The translations under genes and the position numbers were made by a program. A stretch of DNA of 64,000 nucleotides. Origin: a virus. The DNA is taken from IMG/VR virus record IMGVR_UViG_3300022918_000011, positions 18,689 through 82,688 of that record. One strand, 5' to 3'. Shown here piece after piece: positions 42,406 through 52,740 of the stretch (position 1 is its first letter; every line of letters starts with the position of its first letter). A model generated the notes under the pieces. It did not search any database, had not been told where the DNA came from, and was given only the letters and a program-made list of their open reading frames with translations.

Positions 42406-43107
42406 TTAGACCTCCCAGTCCGTGCCGTTGAAGATGAATGTGATGTTGGCGTCAAGGTTGTAGCTGACCGAGGTGTCGCTTTTCTTCGGACCCTTGATCA
42501 GCGCGCCATCTGTGGTCTGGATGATCGGTGTGACCAGCAGCGACTTGGAGAACTCAACCGTGGCACCGACGGCCAAGCCCGCCTTCAGTGGCAGCGATAC
42601 CGTGGTCACCGTGGTACCCAGCCAGTACGAATGCCCGACGATAGCTCTGAACGCGCCCGTCTGGGTTGCGTCCATTGTGACGATGGTTCCCCACTCGACG
42701 GCAGTACCGGCAGCGTTCACCACCAGAGGGCGGCCCGCCTTACCTACCAGGCTAGGCAGTCCAGCAGCGCTACCGATGGCGGCTGCCACTGCTTCAGCTG
42801 CCTCCTTGTACGCTTTGGCAGCGTCCCGGTAGCCCTGCGTGGTCGTCACGGCCTGCGCGGCTGCGTCTGCCGATGCCAACGCTGCCGTTGCTGCCTGGCC
42901 TGCGGTCAGCGCGTACGCAGCGCACACAGCGATCGCTGCAATGATCCAGGTCACCGCCTGGTTGATCTGCACGCCCAACGGCGGCAGCGCTGCGAGGAAC
43001 GGGTCAGCCAACAGGTTGAACGCTGTCTTGCCGTCTTTACGCTGGGGTGCTGGCGGTACTACCGACACCACCGGCGTTGTGGGAAGCACTGGGATCGTAA
43101 CCGCCAT
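42406..43107 (-). CDS. tail fibre protein
   Basis: GGAG RBS; Ala-rich helical stalk, GLPSLVGKAG hinge, C-terminal FIFNGTDW domain. Confidence 0.7.
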   Translation of the reverse strand: MAVTIPVLPTTPVVSVVPPAPQRKDGKTAFNLLADPFLAALPPLGVQINQAVTWIIAAIAVCAAYALTAGQAATAALASADAAAQAVTTTQGYRDAAKAYKEAAEAVAAAIGSAAGLPSLVGKAGRPLVVNAAGTAVEWGTIVTMDATQTGAFRAIVGHSYWLGTTVTTVSLPLKAGLAVGATVEFSKSLLVTPIIQTTDGALIKGPKKSDTSVSYNLDANITFIFNGTDWEV

Positions 43108-43108
43108 A

Positions 43109-44023
43109 TCAAACCACTCCTTCAATTCTGAGGTTATATGACGACTCAATAGGTCCGTCGATAGTTACCGTGAAGTCCTTATAGTAACCGTAAATGATTG
43201 TGGATTCGTAGCCATCATAGCCAATCCACACGCATGTGATCGCACGCAGCTTGGCGAGCTTCTTCTGGACCCGGCTGATGTCAGCTGTATCCAGGTCACA
43301 ATCGAAGTCACCGAACTTGGAGAACCCTCGCTCTACCATGCTGGTGACGCCGAACTCGTCGGTGTCCTTCTTGGTGTAATCGAGGATGCCGATGGAAGAC
43401 CCGTAGCACGCGACGCCGATGTCCTCGATGTCACCAAGCGAGACAGAGCCGACCTCAGCGTTCGCCCCAACCCCAGCCGTTACCACGATCCGGATGTTCG
43501 CGCCCGGGTACGGAGGCAGGTTGCTGATGATGAAGTCGGACTTGTTCGCGAACGGCGCGAAGAAGTAGCTGTACCAGTCGAAGACCTCATCGTTGGGGTC
43601 AGACATGGTCTCGATGTGTGTGTAGACGATGCCGTCCGTGGGGTCTTCTACTGTGACCTTCACAGTGGTGGCAGCCACGTTGAACATGGCCACCGACGTC
43701 ACCGCGGTGCCTGGCGTCAACAGGACTTCAATCGAGGTTGGGTTCGACGTGATGGTCTGCACCATGTCGTCGAACATCCGCCACCGGTTAGTTGCCCCGA
43801 TAAGCAGCCACTTGGTTGCCGCCGACACGCCCGTCTCCGGGTTCACGTCGGTGGTCGCCGTCATGGCCAGCATCGCCTTGTAGACCTTGTGGTTGTAGAT
43901 CACCTGGTCGCCGATGGCGCGGATGGCCGGCACCGTCCACACAGGGAAGTCGGTTTCAGCCACGTTGCTGGAGACGAGCATCCCGTAGGTATACTCGACT
44001 GGTTCAATAACCTGCATTGCCAT
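43109..44023 (-). CDS. tail tip / distal tail protein with small CBM-like insert
   Basis: Directly after TMP (TAATG overlap); W...GDQVIYNHKVY...W motif. Confidence 0.65.
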   Translation of the reverse strand: MAMQVIEPVEYTYGMLVSSNVAETDFPVWTVPAIRAIGDQVIYNHKVYKAMLAMTATTDVNPETGVSAATKWLLIGATNRWRMFDDMVQTITSNPTSIEVLLTPGTAVTSVAMFNVAATTVKVTVEDPTDGIVYTHIETMSDPNDEVFDWYSYFFAPFANKSDFIISNLPPYPGANIRIVVTAGVGANAEVGSVSLGDIEDIGVACYGSSIGILDYTKKDTDEFGVTSMVERGFSKFGDFDCDLDTADISRVQKKLAKLRAITCVWIGYDGYESTIIYGYYKDFTVTIDGPIESSYNLRIEGVV

Positions 44024-47000
44024 TATAACGATTCCTCTGGAATGCCGGTCTGATCCCACCGTGGCAGGGTGTCAGTGTTGGTCGCGGTACGCGAAGTCCA
44101 TTTGGCGATAGATTTCAGAGCTTGTTTGATCTCCGCGATGTCACCTTCCATCGTGTCGACTCGGCCGCTACCGCTGCCCCCGCCGGAGATAGAAGCCCGC
44201 ACGCCCAGCACACCGCCGATGTTGGTCAGCGGCATGATCGCTTCCGGACCAGACTCGGCCATCAGCGATTCGTCGAAGTGCGTAGGAGTGCGGACTACAC
44301 CGCTGCCCATGAACGCGCCACCGGTTGCGTACTTCTTGCCGCCGGCTTCCACACTGCCAGCGATGGCAGCTGCCACCTGGGCTGCGCTCATGGCACCCGA
44401 AGCGATCTGGCCAGTCCAGAAGGCCAAGCCCGCAGCATCTGCACCTCGGCCGAGCGACGCCTGGTAGGCAGCCTCCACCGAGCTGTTCAGGTAGTTGGAG
44501 CCTGCCGAGCCGTCGGTGCCGCCGTTACCACTTGCCGAGCCGGCGATTGCACCGGGTAGCTTGTCGTAAGCCAGCCCGTTGTTCAGGGCGTCTGTCCACG
44601 CTGCCTGGCCTGCCGCGTCTGCGTCCCGGCCGAGCACCGCTTGATAGACGCTGTTCACCAGTGTGGCGTTGTTCAGTGAAGTGTTGGCAGCCGCCGAGTT
44701 CGAAGATGCCAGGATCGCCGCGACGACCGCTTGGTTCATGCGGTCAACAGCGTCCTTGACCGTCAGGACCGTGGTGTCCACGCCGTTCAGCGCGTCCATC
44801 TGGGCCTGCGCGTAATCGATCTGCGCGTCGAAGGCTTTCATCTGCAGGTCGTAGGTGTCTTCAGCTGCTTTGAGCTGATCCTTCAACGACTGCAGGGTCT
44901 TCTCGGCGGTGGTCAGCTGCGCGCCGTTGGTAAGGCTAAGCTCCTCGACGACGTTTGCTGTGGTGCCTTGGGCAAACAGGAAGTCGACCAGCGAGCTATA
45001 CGTGTCAGTGGTGTTGGCAGCGACCGCGTCGAGAGCGTCTTCCAGACCTTTGAAGTCTGCCAGGCTGCCGCCGGAGCGAGATGTCTTCAGCGCAGACTGC
45101 AGAACATCCTGCGCCTGGCCATAAGTGACCCGCCCGGTGACGTCCATCGAGTTGCGCAGCGTCTTCAGCGCGTTGGCCAGTGAGTTCGAGACGCTGGTCA
45201 AGTCAGAGATCGAGGTGCCGATCGTGTCGACCATGTCGTTAACCGACGTGGTCATCGCGGTGTAGGCTTCGGTCACCGAGTTGCGCTGTGCTTCAACCGC
45301 GCGGCCAACAGCGGCCTGCGCAGCCTGGGCTTTCGCTACGGCTCCGTCTTTGGCCGAATCCAGAATGTCATACACGCCATCAGCGGCGCTGGACATCGCC
45401 ATCATCGCTTCGTACAACGCTTTGCCGGACACGGTGGAGCGGTCGATACCCTCGACCATTTTCCGGAAGCCGTCACGGCTGTTCGGCAGAGCCACACCGA
45501 TCACCGCGAACTGCGCAGCCACCAGTGCCAGGGTGTCAGCCGTCTTCTCACCGTCGCTGTAGAACGCTTCGTAGTAGGCAGCTTGGTTCTCTTGAGCCTG
45601 GTTCGCTGCCTGCTCCATGATGGTGTAGGCAGAAGCAGCATCGGTGGCGTGCTTGGTCAGGGCCAGGAAACCTTCCTGGCCTTTCTCTGTGGTGATGTCC
45701 ATCGACTCGACGAGGTTGCGGAAACCAGCGCGAGTAGTTGGCAACGTGTAGCCGAGCTCTTTGAACTCTTTGTTGACAGCCAAGAGGGTGTCAGCGGCCT
45801 TCTCTTGGTCTGTGAAGAAGTTGTTGTAGTAATCGTTCAGCTGGGTGGCCAGGGTGTCGATGCCACCGGCAGCCGCCGTCAGGGACTCAGCGAGGTGGCC
45901 CCCGGCGATGTCCATCTTGTACAGGCCAACGTTCAGGTTGGTCAGCAGCGCATCAACGCTGATCAGGTTCTGCACGAACGCGGTCAGCTCGACGAAGTCG
46001 TAGCCGTCCAGCTCGCCTTTGGTATCGAGGTTGGCGTTCATGGCCAAGACGATGCTGTCAGCGATGCTGGCGAAGTATTTGTTGATCGCTTCCGTGATCT
46101 GCTCGTCGGTCAGATCGCGTGTGTCGATCTGCACGGCGGCGAAGTTCAGGCCCTGAATGATGTTGTCGTTGACCTTGAAGCCGAGTTTCGTATAGAGGTC
46201 GGTGACGGTGTCGCCAGTGGCCTGGAAGGCGTCGTCCAGCTGGGTAGCCTGTGCTTCCTCAAGCTCGTAGTAGTTCGTGCGCTTCTTGTTGCTGCCGAAC
46301 ATCCCGCCTTTTTTCTTCTGGTACTCGAAGTTCTTGGCGTCCAGTTCGCCATCGACCACGCCCATTTGCAGGCCAGAGCCTTTGGTTTCCCAGGCGCCGG
46401 CGAAGATCTTGGAACCGAAGGCAGCGCCGAGCGCGGCACCGATGATGGTACCGATGCCTGGCAGGATGGAGCCGAGGGCAGCGCCCATGGCTGTACCGCT
46501 GAGGGCCGCCGCTGCCGCTGTACCCAACACGGTACCTGCAACGCCGCCGCCGTAAGCCAACGCGCCGGATACGACCGCACCCTTCACGCCGTTCTCTTGG
46601 TAGCCCTGAATCGCGCCGCCGATACCGCCGATGATGGCGCCGCCACCAGTTGCCGCGCCGCCCCATGTGGAACCGGCAGCACCTGCGCCGACGTTGGAGG
46701 CTGTCGAGGTGTAGACGACGTTGCCTGCGTTGTCGAGCATGACGCCCGCGCCGCCAGAGGCGCTGTTGGCGCTGCCGCCGAGCCAGCTACCCGCCGCCGA
46801 ACTCGCAGCGTTTGTGCCGGTGGAGGCGGTACCGGACTTGAACAGGCTGCTGACATAATCAGAGCCGTTGCTGAACGCACCCTTCACGCCGCCAAAGAAG
46901 CCTTCGCCGGTGTTGAAGCCAGAGGTGACGGCTTTACCGAACCCGCTGGTAGAGACGCTGTAAAGCTGCTTAGCGCCTGACAGCAGTTGTTCAGCCGTCT

Positions 47001-50000
47001 GCGCCGTGGTCGGGCCTGTACCAGCCACTGGAGTTTTCTCGCCGCTGAACAGGTTGCTCAGCAGACCGCCAGCGCCCGAGCTGCCGCCGGTGATCCCGCC
47101 AGTAACGCCGTCACCGCCGGTGATCTTGCTCCAGACCTCGCCGAACCCGCCGGACTTGTTGGTGCCCAGTACCGAGTTGGCGAAGCTGATGACGATAGGT
47201 TTGGTGATGGCCTCGTGAGCCAGCTCAGCGAGTAGCTGCTTGAACCCATCCTTCAGGCTCGATGCGAAGCTGTCGAACCCGCCGTCGATGTTCTTCCAGG
47301 CATCAGCGAACGAGGCGTCTACACGCTCGATAGCCTTGTCTGTCAGCTGGCCCCAGGCCGTCAGTGCTGATTGGTTCTCGTCGTAGGTCTGGCCCAGTTT
47401 GGCCAGGTAGAACGCACCCTTCTCAGCGGTGATAGCGCCGGACGCGATGGCAGCGTTAAGAGCCTCGACGTCCTTGGTGTATTCGCGGGCGAGGGGGATC
47501 GCCTTGTCGTACTCGTCGACCAGCGCCATACCGCGCTGGGCTTTAGCCAGAGCATCAGCTGCCAGCTGGCGGGCGTTGGCCTGGGCGGTTACCTGCGCGG
47601 TCTCGGCGGCGATGACCTCGGCAGACTTGCCGGCCAGCACCTGGTTGATTTGCTTCTGGACGTTGAACGCCTTGAGCGCGGCTTCGCCGGCGTAGACGGC
47701 GAGCGTCTGGTCCTTGTTTTCTTCGGTCTCTTTGCGGATGGAGAACAGGGCTTTCTCCACGTCCTCCATCTGCTTGGCGTTGTTCGCGTCGACGACAGCC
47801 TTGGTCAGCTGACGTTGGGACTCGGCGCTGACATCCAGACCCTTCGAAGTGAACTTCAGGATCTCGTTGGCAACTTCCTGATCGATTGCGAACTGCTGCA
47901 CCGCGTCGGAACCAGCCTTGTAGGCGGCGGCCGAGGCGAGGGAAGCTGTGGTCGAGTTCTGCTGTTTGCCGATGTAGGCATCCAGCTGCTCGACCATGGT
48001 TTGTTCGGGGGTCTTCTTGGCCGCCGACTTGGCAGCTGACCGCGCGGCGGTGTCGATGGACTTCTGCGCGGTGTACTGGGCCTGCTTGGCAGCGGTGAGC
48101 CGGTTGGTAATGTCCAGCTCTTTTTCTTGCGCACGGCCGTTGGAAAGCGTGCCTGCCTCGCGCTGAGCGTTGACCGCGTTCAGTTCTTCCTGCAGACGGG
48201 TGACGTTGTTGGTCAGGTCGGAGATCTTGTCCTTCGGCGGCTGGCCCGCAACCGCCAAGGCGCGTTGGGCTTCTTCCAGCTTCGCGGAGGTCTCGTTCAT
48301 CTTGACGAGAGCCTTGCTGCGAGCAACCTCGGCAGCCACCAGCACCTTGCCTTCACGCTCTACCAGATCCGCGCCGGACTTGTTGTTCTTCATCTGCTCC
48401 AGTTTGGCGAGCGATGCGGTGACGTCGTTCAGTGCCTTGTCGTATTGCTCTGCAGCTGTGCCTTCCTTGACGAACACCGCGTCGCCGGCCTGGCGGGCCG
48501 CACTCATGATGCCGTTGAACGTCGCTTCGATCTGGATGGCGTTCTGAGCAACCGCGTTAAGTGCCTTGGCCTGCTCCTTGATCTGCTCGACCATCGCTTC
48601 CAGCACCAGGCGTTCAGCGATGTAGGCTGACTGCTTGGCGTCGTGGGATTCCGACCAGTCGGACATCGCGTCTTTGCGAGCGTTCTCGGTCCTCAGCTCT
48701 TGCGCTGCCAGGTCCTTGCCCGACACGCTGGCGGCGTCCGCCGCGTTCATCATTTCTTTTGCGGTGCTGCCTATCCCGTCGATCTGCTCTTGGAACGCAG
48801 CGATCTGCTTCTGAGTATCGGCGAGTTTCTTCTTGTTGATGGTCAGCTCGACCTCAACAACCTTCGGCACGTCAAGGCCGCTGGACTTGTAGATTTCCGC
48901 GGTGTCCTGCAGCGTCTTGATCCGAGCCTCAAGCGTGCCGGTAAGCTCTTTCTCGTACTTGATCTGCTCCTGCAGCGCGGTCTTTTCCTTGGCCTTACCG
49001 AACCTGTCCAGCTCGCCTACCAGGTTGGCGTATTCGACCTTCAGGCGGTTGATGCTCTCGGCCTGCGCCACGATGGCAGCGTCGTTGTCCTTGCTGAAGG
49101 CGTTGTAGATCGCGTAGCCGATGCTGCCGATGGCAGCGACCCAGCCCAGCGCACCCATCAGGAACGAGCCAGCGATGGCCAGTCCGTTGATGGCGCGGGC
49201 AGCGACCGAGGCAGCTGTGGTCATGCCGGCGAACCCACGGCTGGCCAACGCTGCCGCGCCGTAGGCACCGGACATCGCCACGTTCGACTGCGAGGTGATG
49301 ACGGCCGTAGCCCCCATCGCCTTGGCGGTTACGTTCGCGCGGGCGCCCAGCTCTGCCAGGCGTGGGGTCAGCTTGCCGATGTCGGTGCTGAGGTTCGTGA
49401 AGCCGGTGCGCAGCGCGCCCAGACCTTTGGATGCCACCAGGCCGCCGATTATGTACATCGCCGCCTCGCCGAACGTCTTGAACTTCTCGATCAGGACATC
49501 CAGCTGGGTGACGACGGTCAGCGAGCTCTGCGACAGCTGATCCATCGAAGCGACGAGCTCGTCTGCACCGACCTTCTGGCCGGTCATAGCGTTCAGGGCT
49601 TCTACCTGGCCGCTGGCGTTGGTGCTGGTTTTGTACGAACCCGGCTTGTTGGTGTTGGCCAAGTCGACAAGACCTTGGGTATCAACAGCCGAGGCGTCGG
49701 TGTTCAGCAGAACCTTGACCGGCTGGGTCAGGTCCAGCAGGGTCTTGGTGATCTTCGCCGAGGTCAGGCGCAGCGTGGCTTCGAACTTGTCGTAGACCTG
49801 AAGCTGCAGCTCCTCGTAGGCCGACATGGTGGTCTTCCAATCCACCTGCAGCGTGTCGGACATCTTGTTGCGCATGCGCTCAGCGGCGCCGGCGACGTTG
49901 TGTTCCAGGGTGAACAGAGCCGCTTCGAGGTTGCTGGCGTTGGCCACCAGCGCCGCGACCGGCGAGGTAGCGTACAGGCCGACCAAGTTCTGGATGTCGG

Positions 50001-52326
50001 AGAGGCGTTTGCCCTCGCTAACCCCAGCTGTGTTCAGCGCTGTGTTCAGATCCTTGACGATGTCTACCAGGCCACGCGTGCTGCCGTCGGCGTTCTGGGT
50101 AGCAATCGAGTATTCGTCCAGTACCGCCGCACCCTTTTTGGTTGGGTTCAGCAGGCTGGTGAAAAGTTTACGCAGCGCGGTACCGGCGCGCGAACCCTTG
50201 ATACCCGCGTTGGACAGGGTCTCAATGGCAGCGGTGGTTTCCTCAAGCGAGATCCCGGCAGCATGCGCCGCTGGGCCTGCGTAGGTCAGGGCGTTGGCCA
50301 GCTCCAGCACGTTGGTGTTGGAGTCGACGGCAGCCGTGGCCATGATGTCAACGATGTTGGTGAGGTCCGTGGCAGTTTTGCCAAAGGTCATCATCACGTT
50401 GGTGGCCATGTCCGCAGACTGCGACATGCTGACGTTGCCGATCTGTGCCAGATCCAGAGCAGGGCGCAGAGCGAGGATCGCTTCGCTCGAAGACAGCCCT
50501 GCTTGGCCAAGGTCAATCAGGCCCTTCGCAACTTCGGATGCGGTGAAGACGGTGGTCTGGCCGAGGGCGCGGACCTGGGTCTCCATCGCGTCGATGCTGC
50601 CAGACATCCACCACGGGTTGTTCGAGTTCATCACCGCGTTGGCCTGGGCCATCGAAGCGGTGAAGTCTGCACCCAGCGACACGGTGGACCGCATCGCGTT
50701 GAAAAGGGCGTAGGTGGACGAGGCGGCGACGATAGTGCCGCTGGTGTACATGCCGATGTTGGCGTTCAGGCCGGACAGGGCAGCGCGCAGCGAGGCAGCT
50801 GATTGGCTTCCTACGTTCATCGCGGCGCTGTGGCGTTCGTGAGCACCGGTCAGCCCCAGAAGTTGGGCCGTGCTCATCGTGGAGAGTTTGTTCAGCTGCT
50901 CTTGAGCAGTGATCTGTGCCCGGACCTGCGCCAGGTTCCGGCCGTAGGCAGAACTCAGGCCATCACGTTGGGCTACCAGCTTGGCCAAGGTCGCTTGTTC
51001 GCGCTCTTGGACGGTGTTCAGTTCTTTCTGTGCGGCGGAAAGCCCGTGTACAGCGCGGGCTGCTTCGATCAGTTTGGCGTTGCGCTGGGTGGTGTCGGCT
51101 GTGATCTTCTCAGCCAGCGCAATCTGCTTGGCATCAGCTTCGGTCAGCGCGTTCTGTGCCCGGGCAGCGGCCAGCGTTGCGGTGTTCTTCGCGTTCATCG
51201 TCGCGGAGCGAGCTTCGTCCTGAGCCTGGATGCGCGCTTGCACCATCGACAGCTGCTGGATCGAAGCGGTGTAGCGTTCCTCGGCAGCGATCGCTGCGGT
51301 GCGCGCCTTGACCTGCTCGTTCAGACGGACGATCGATTCCTGCTGGCCGCCGTTGAGCGATGCCAGGCTGGCGCGCATCGAGTCCATCTGCGCAATCTGG
51401 CGGGCAAGCAGTGTTACTTCCTGCGTGCGCGCCTGATTCTGCGTCTTCAGGATAGCGATCTGTTCAGCGGTGCCGCCGTTCAGCGACGCCTGGGCACGCT
51501 GAAGTTCCGAGAGCTGGTTGATCTCGCGGCTGCGGAATGTGGCCGCTTGTGTCAGCCCGTTGTTCATCTGCTGCTGGGCAGCGATCTGCTGCTGGATGCC
51601 GCCGTTCAGGGACTCGTAGGCACGGCGCAGCTCACCCAGTTTGGCGGTGAGCTTGATGTCTTCCTGTTGTTCGCGAGCAAGCACCGCGATGCGGGCCTGC
51701 TGTTCCGAGTTGGCGCGGCCGGTAGAGGTGGCCAGCAGGTCCAACTGGTTTTGCAATTCTTTGGCGTTCTGGATCTGCTTGGTGTTGGAGGCAGCCATCC
51801 GGGACTCGGACGCCATACGTTCCTTCAGCTGTACAGCCAGCTTGCCTTCGGTAGTGCTCAGCGCCTCGATGGACGCCTTCATCAACACGTTGTTCGCGGT
51901 CAGCTGGGCCTGCAGCGTGGCCTGGCGTTCCATCGACTTGACGTAGATGTTGTTTTGCGCAGTGTTGATGAGGACCTTCTGGACCTCCATCAACTCGCCT
52001 TTATAGGCAGCCGCAGCCAGGTTGGCCTTGACGTTGGCCTGGGCTACGGACTCGAAAGTTTTGGATGCGGACTGGCGGATCTTGACGAAGGCAGCGTCAA
52101 TCCCCTCGGCCGACTTCTTGGTGTCGGAGTTGAGGGCGGTGAACTGGGTCTGGAGCTTGCCGTAGTACGAGTTCATGTCCGAGAGCAACCGCTGCGCGGC
52201 TGTCCCGGACTTGCCCATCGTGGTGTTCAGACTGTCGAGGTGCTTACCAAGATTGGTCGACCCTAACTGGAACGCTGCCAGTTGACGCAGCGCCTCTTGA
52301 AAGTCGATCTCAAACTTAGCCGCCAT
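44023..52326 (-). CDS. tail tape measure protein (2767 aa)
   Basis: Ala/Gln-rich helical; TP901-type core (TTVFTASEVA...GIKGSRAGTALR); C-terminal YATGG...ESGPEAIMPL. Confidence 0.95.
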   Translation of the reverse strand: MAAKFEIDFQEALRQLAAFQLGSTNLGKHLDSLNTTMGKSGTAAQRLLSDMNSYYGKLQTQFTALNSDTKKSAEGIDAAFVKIRQSASKTFESVAQANVKANLAAAAYKGELMEVQKVLINTAQNNIYVKSMERQATLQAQLTANNVLMKASIEALSTTEGKLAVQLKERMASESRMAASNTKQIQNAKELQNQLDLLATSTGRANSEQQARIAVLAREQQEDIKLTAKLGELRRAYESLNGGIQQQIAAQQQMNNGLTQAATFRSREINQLSELQRAQASLNGGTAEQIAILKTQNQARTQEVTLLARQIAQMDSMRASLASLNGGQQESIVRLNEQVKARTAAIAAEERYTASIQQLSMVQARIQAQDEARSATMNAKNTATLAAARAQNALTEADAKQIALAEKITADTTQRNAKLIEAARAVHGLSAAQKELNTVQEREQATLAKLVAQRDGLSSAYGRNLAQVRAQITAQEQLNKLSTMSTAQLLGLTGAHERHSAAMNVGSQSAASLRAALSGLNANIGMYTSGTIVAASSTYALFNAMRSTVSLGADFTASMAQANAVMNSNNPWWMSGSIDAMETQVRALGQTTVFTASEVAKGLIDLGQAGLSSSEAILALRPALDLAQIGNVSMSQSADMATNVMMTFGKTATDLTNIVDIMATAAVDSNTNVLELANALTYAGPAAHAAGISLEETTAAIETLSNAGIKGSRAGTALRKLFTSLLNPTKKGAAVLDEYSIATQNADGSTRGLVDIVKDLNTALNTAGVSEGKRLSDIQNLVGLYATSPVAALVANASNLEAALFTLEHNVAGAAERMRNKMSDTLQVDWKTTMSAYEELQLQVYDKFEATLRLTSAKITKTLLDLTQPVKVLLNTDASAVDTQGLVDLANTNKPGSYKTSTNASGQVEALNAMTGQKVGADELVASMDQLSQSSLTVVTQLDVLIEKFKTFGEAAMYIIGGLVASKGLGALRTGFTNLSTDIGKLTPRLAELGARANVTAKAMGATAVITSQSNVAMSGAYGAAALASRGFAGMTTAASVAARAINGLAIAGSFLMGALGWVAAIGSIGYAIYNAFSKDNDAAIVAQAESINRLKVEYANLVGELDRFGKAKEKTALQEQIKYEKELTGTLEARIKTLQDTAEIYKSSGLDVPKVVEVELTINKKKLADTQKQIAAFQEQIDGIGSTAKEMMNAADAASVSGKDLAAQELRTENARKDAMSDWSESHDAKQSAYIAERLVLEAMVEQIKEQAKALNAVAQNAIQIEATFNGIMSAARQAGDAVFVKEGTAAEQYDKALNDVTASLAKLEQMKNNKSGADLVEREGKVLVAAEVARSKALVKMNETSAKLEEAQRALAVAGQPPKDKISDLTNNVTRLQEELNAVNAQREAGTLSNGRAQEKELDITNRLTAAKQAQYTAQKSIDTAARSAAKSAAKKTPEQTMVEQLDAYIGKQQNSTTASLASAAAYKAGSDAVQQFAIDQEVANEILKFTSKGLDVSAESQRQLTKAVVDANNAKQMEDVEKALFSIRKETEENKDQTLAVYAGEAALKAFNVQKQINQVLAGKSAEVIAAETAQVTAQANARQLAADALAKAQRGMALVDEYDKAIPLAREYTKDVEALNAAIASGAITAEKGAFYLAKLGQTYDENQSALTAWGQLTDKAIERVDASFADAWKNIDGGFDSFASSLKDGFKQLLAELAHEAITKPIVISFANSVLGTNKSGGFGEVWSKITGGDGVTGGITGGSSGAGGLLSNLFSGEKTPVAGTGPTTAQTAEQLLSGAKQLYSVSTSGFGKAVTSGFNTGEGFFGGVKGAFSNGSDYVSSLFKSGTASTGTNAASSAAGSWLGGSANSASGGAGVMLDNAGNVVYTSTASNVGAGAAGSTWGGAATGGGAIIGGIGGAIQGYQENGVKGAVVSGALAYGGGVAGTVLGTAAAAALSGTAMGAALGSILPGIGTIIGAALGAAFGSKIFAGAWETKGSGLQMGVVDGELDAKNFEYQKKKGGMFGSNKKRTNYYELEEAQATQLDDAFQATGDTVTDLYTKLGFKVNDNIIQGLNFAAVQIDTRDLTDEQITEAINKYFASIADSIVLAMNANLDTKGELDGYDFVELTAFVQNLISVDALLTNLNVGLYKMDIAGGHLAESLTAAAGGIDTLATQLNDYYNNFFTDQEKAADTLLAVNKEFKELGYTLPTTRAGFRNLVESMDITTEKGQEGFLALTKHATDAASAYTIMEQAANQAQENQAAYYEAFYSDGEKTADTLALVAAQFAVIGVALPNSRDGFRKMVEGIDRSTVSGKALYEAMMAMSSAADGVYDILDSAKDGAVAKAQAAQAAVGRAVEAQRNSVTEAYTAMTTSVNDMVDTIGTSISDLTSVSNSLANALKTLRNSMDVTGRVTYGQAQDVLQSALKTSRSGGSLADFKGLEDALDAVAANTTDTYSSLVDFLFAQGTTANVVEELSLTNGAQLTTAEKTLQSLKDQLKAAEDTYDLQMKAFDAQIDYAQAQMDALNGVDTTVLTVKDAVDRMNQAVVAAILASSNSAAANTSLNNATLVNSVYQAVLGRDADAAGQAAWTDALNNGLAYDKLPGAIAGSASGNGGTDGSAGSNYLNSSVEAAYQASLGRGADAAGLAFWTGQIASGAMSAAQVAAAIAGSVEAGGKKYATGGAFMGSGVVRTPTHFDESLMAESGPEAIMPLTNIGGVLGVRASISGGGSGSGRVDTMEGDIAEIKQALKSIAKWTSRTATNTDTLPRWDQTGIPEESL

Positions 52327-52350
52327 GGTCAAGGTCTCGTAGGTTAATGC

Positions 52351-52740
52351 TTATTTCCGGGGACCCCGGCGAGCAGGTTTTTTGCGAGCTTCCTCTTCCG
52401 CTTTTCTTTGCTTGACGGCTAGTTCGTGCTGATCAAAAAGTACAGCGTTGTCCGTAGCTTCCATGCACCGGAAGAATAGTGGCTCCAATGATCTATCTAA
52501 TCTGATCACATTGCCACAATAAAGTGTGAGTTCTTGATATGTAAGCGGTTGGATCCCGCCCATCTCTGCGTAATGCCGTCTTCTGTGGAGCCGGAAATAG
52601 GCGGTGATGAGCCATCCGAAAACAGCGGGTGGTTCCTCAAACCCTTCAAGCTCGGGGTGGGTCTTCCCAAACCGAGCTTGAAGTTGCTTCATCGCCTTGA
52701 GACCTTTGGCCCCATGTTTGATCAGGAGACGGCAGTAGGT
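52351..52740 (-). CDS. tail assembly chaperone GT extension (via -1 frameshift)
   Basis: Open -1 frame from GTAAAAC through ORF 52351..52692, immediately upstream of TMP. Confidence 0.7.
   Translation of the reverse strand, partial: TYCRLLIKHGAKGLKAMKQLQARFGKTHPELEGFEEPPAVFGWLITAYFRLHRRRHYAEMGGIQPLTYQELTLYCGNVIRLDRSLEPLFFRCMEATDNAVLFDQHELAVKQRKAEEEARKKPARRGPRK

Noticed and set aside
51340-51620. Repeated CCGCCGTT(C/G)AG units spaced about 114-120 nt apart, superficially CRISPR-like
   Set aside because: They encode SLNGG protein repeats inside the tape measure
45583-52266. Long + strand ORFs (465, 719 and 487 aa) opposite the tape measure gene
   Set aside because: Antisense shadows typical of GC-rich coding DNA; no motifs or RBS, and fully overlapping a clear gene
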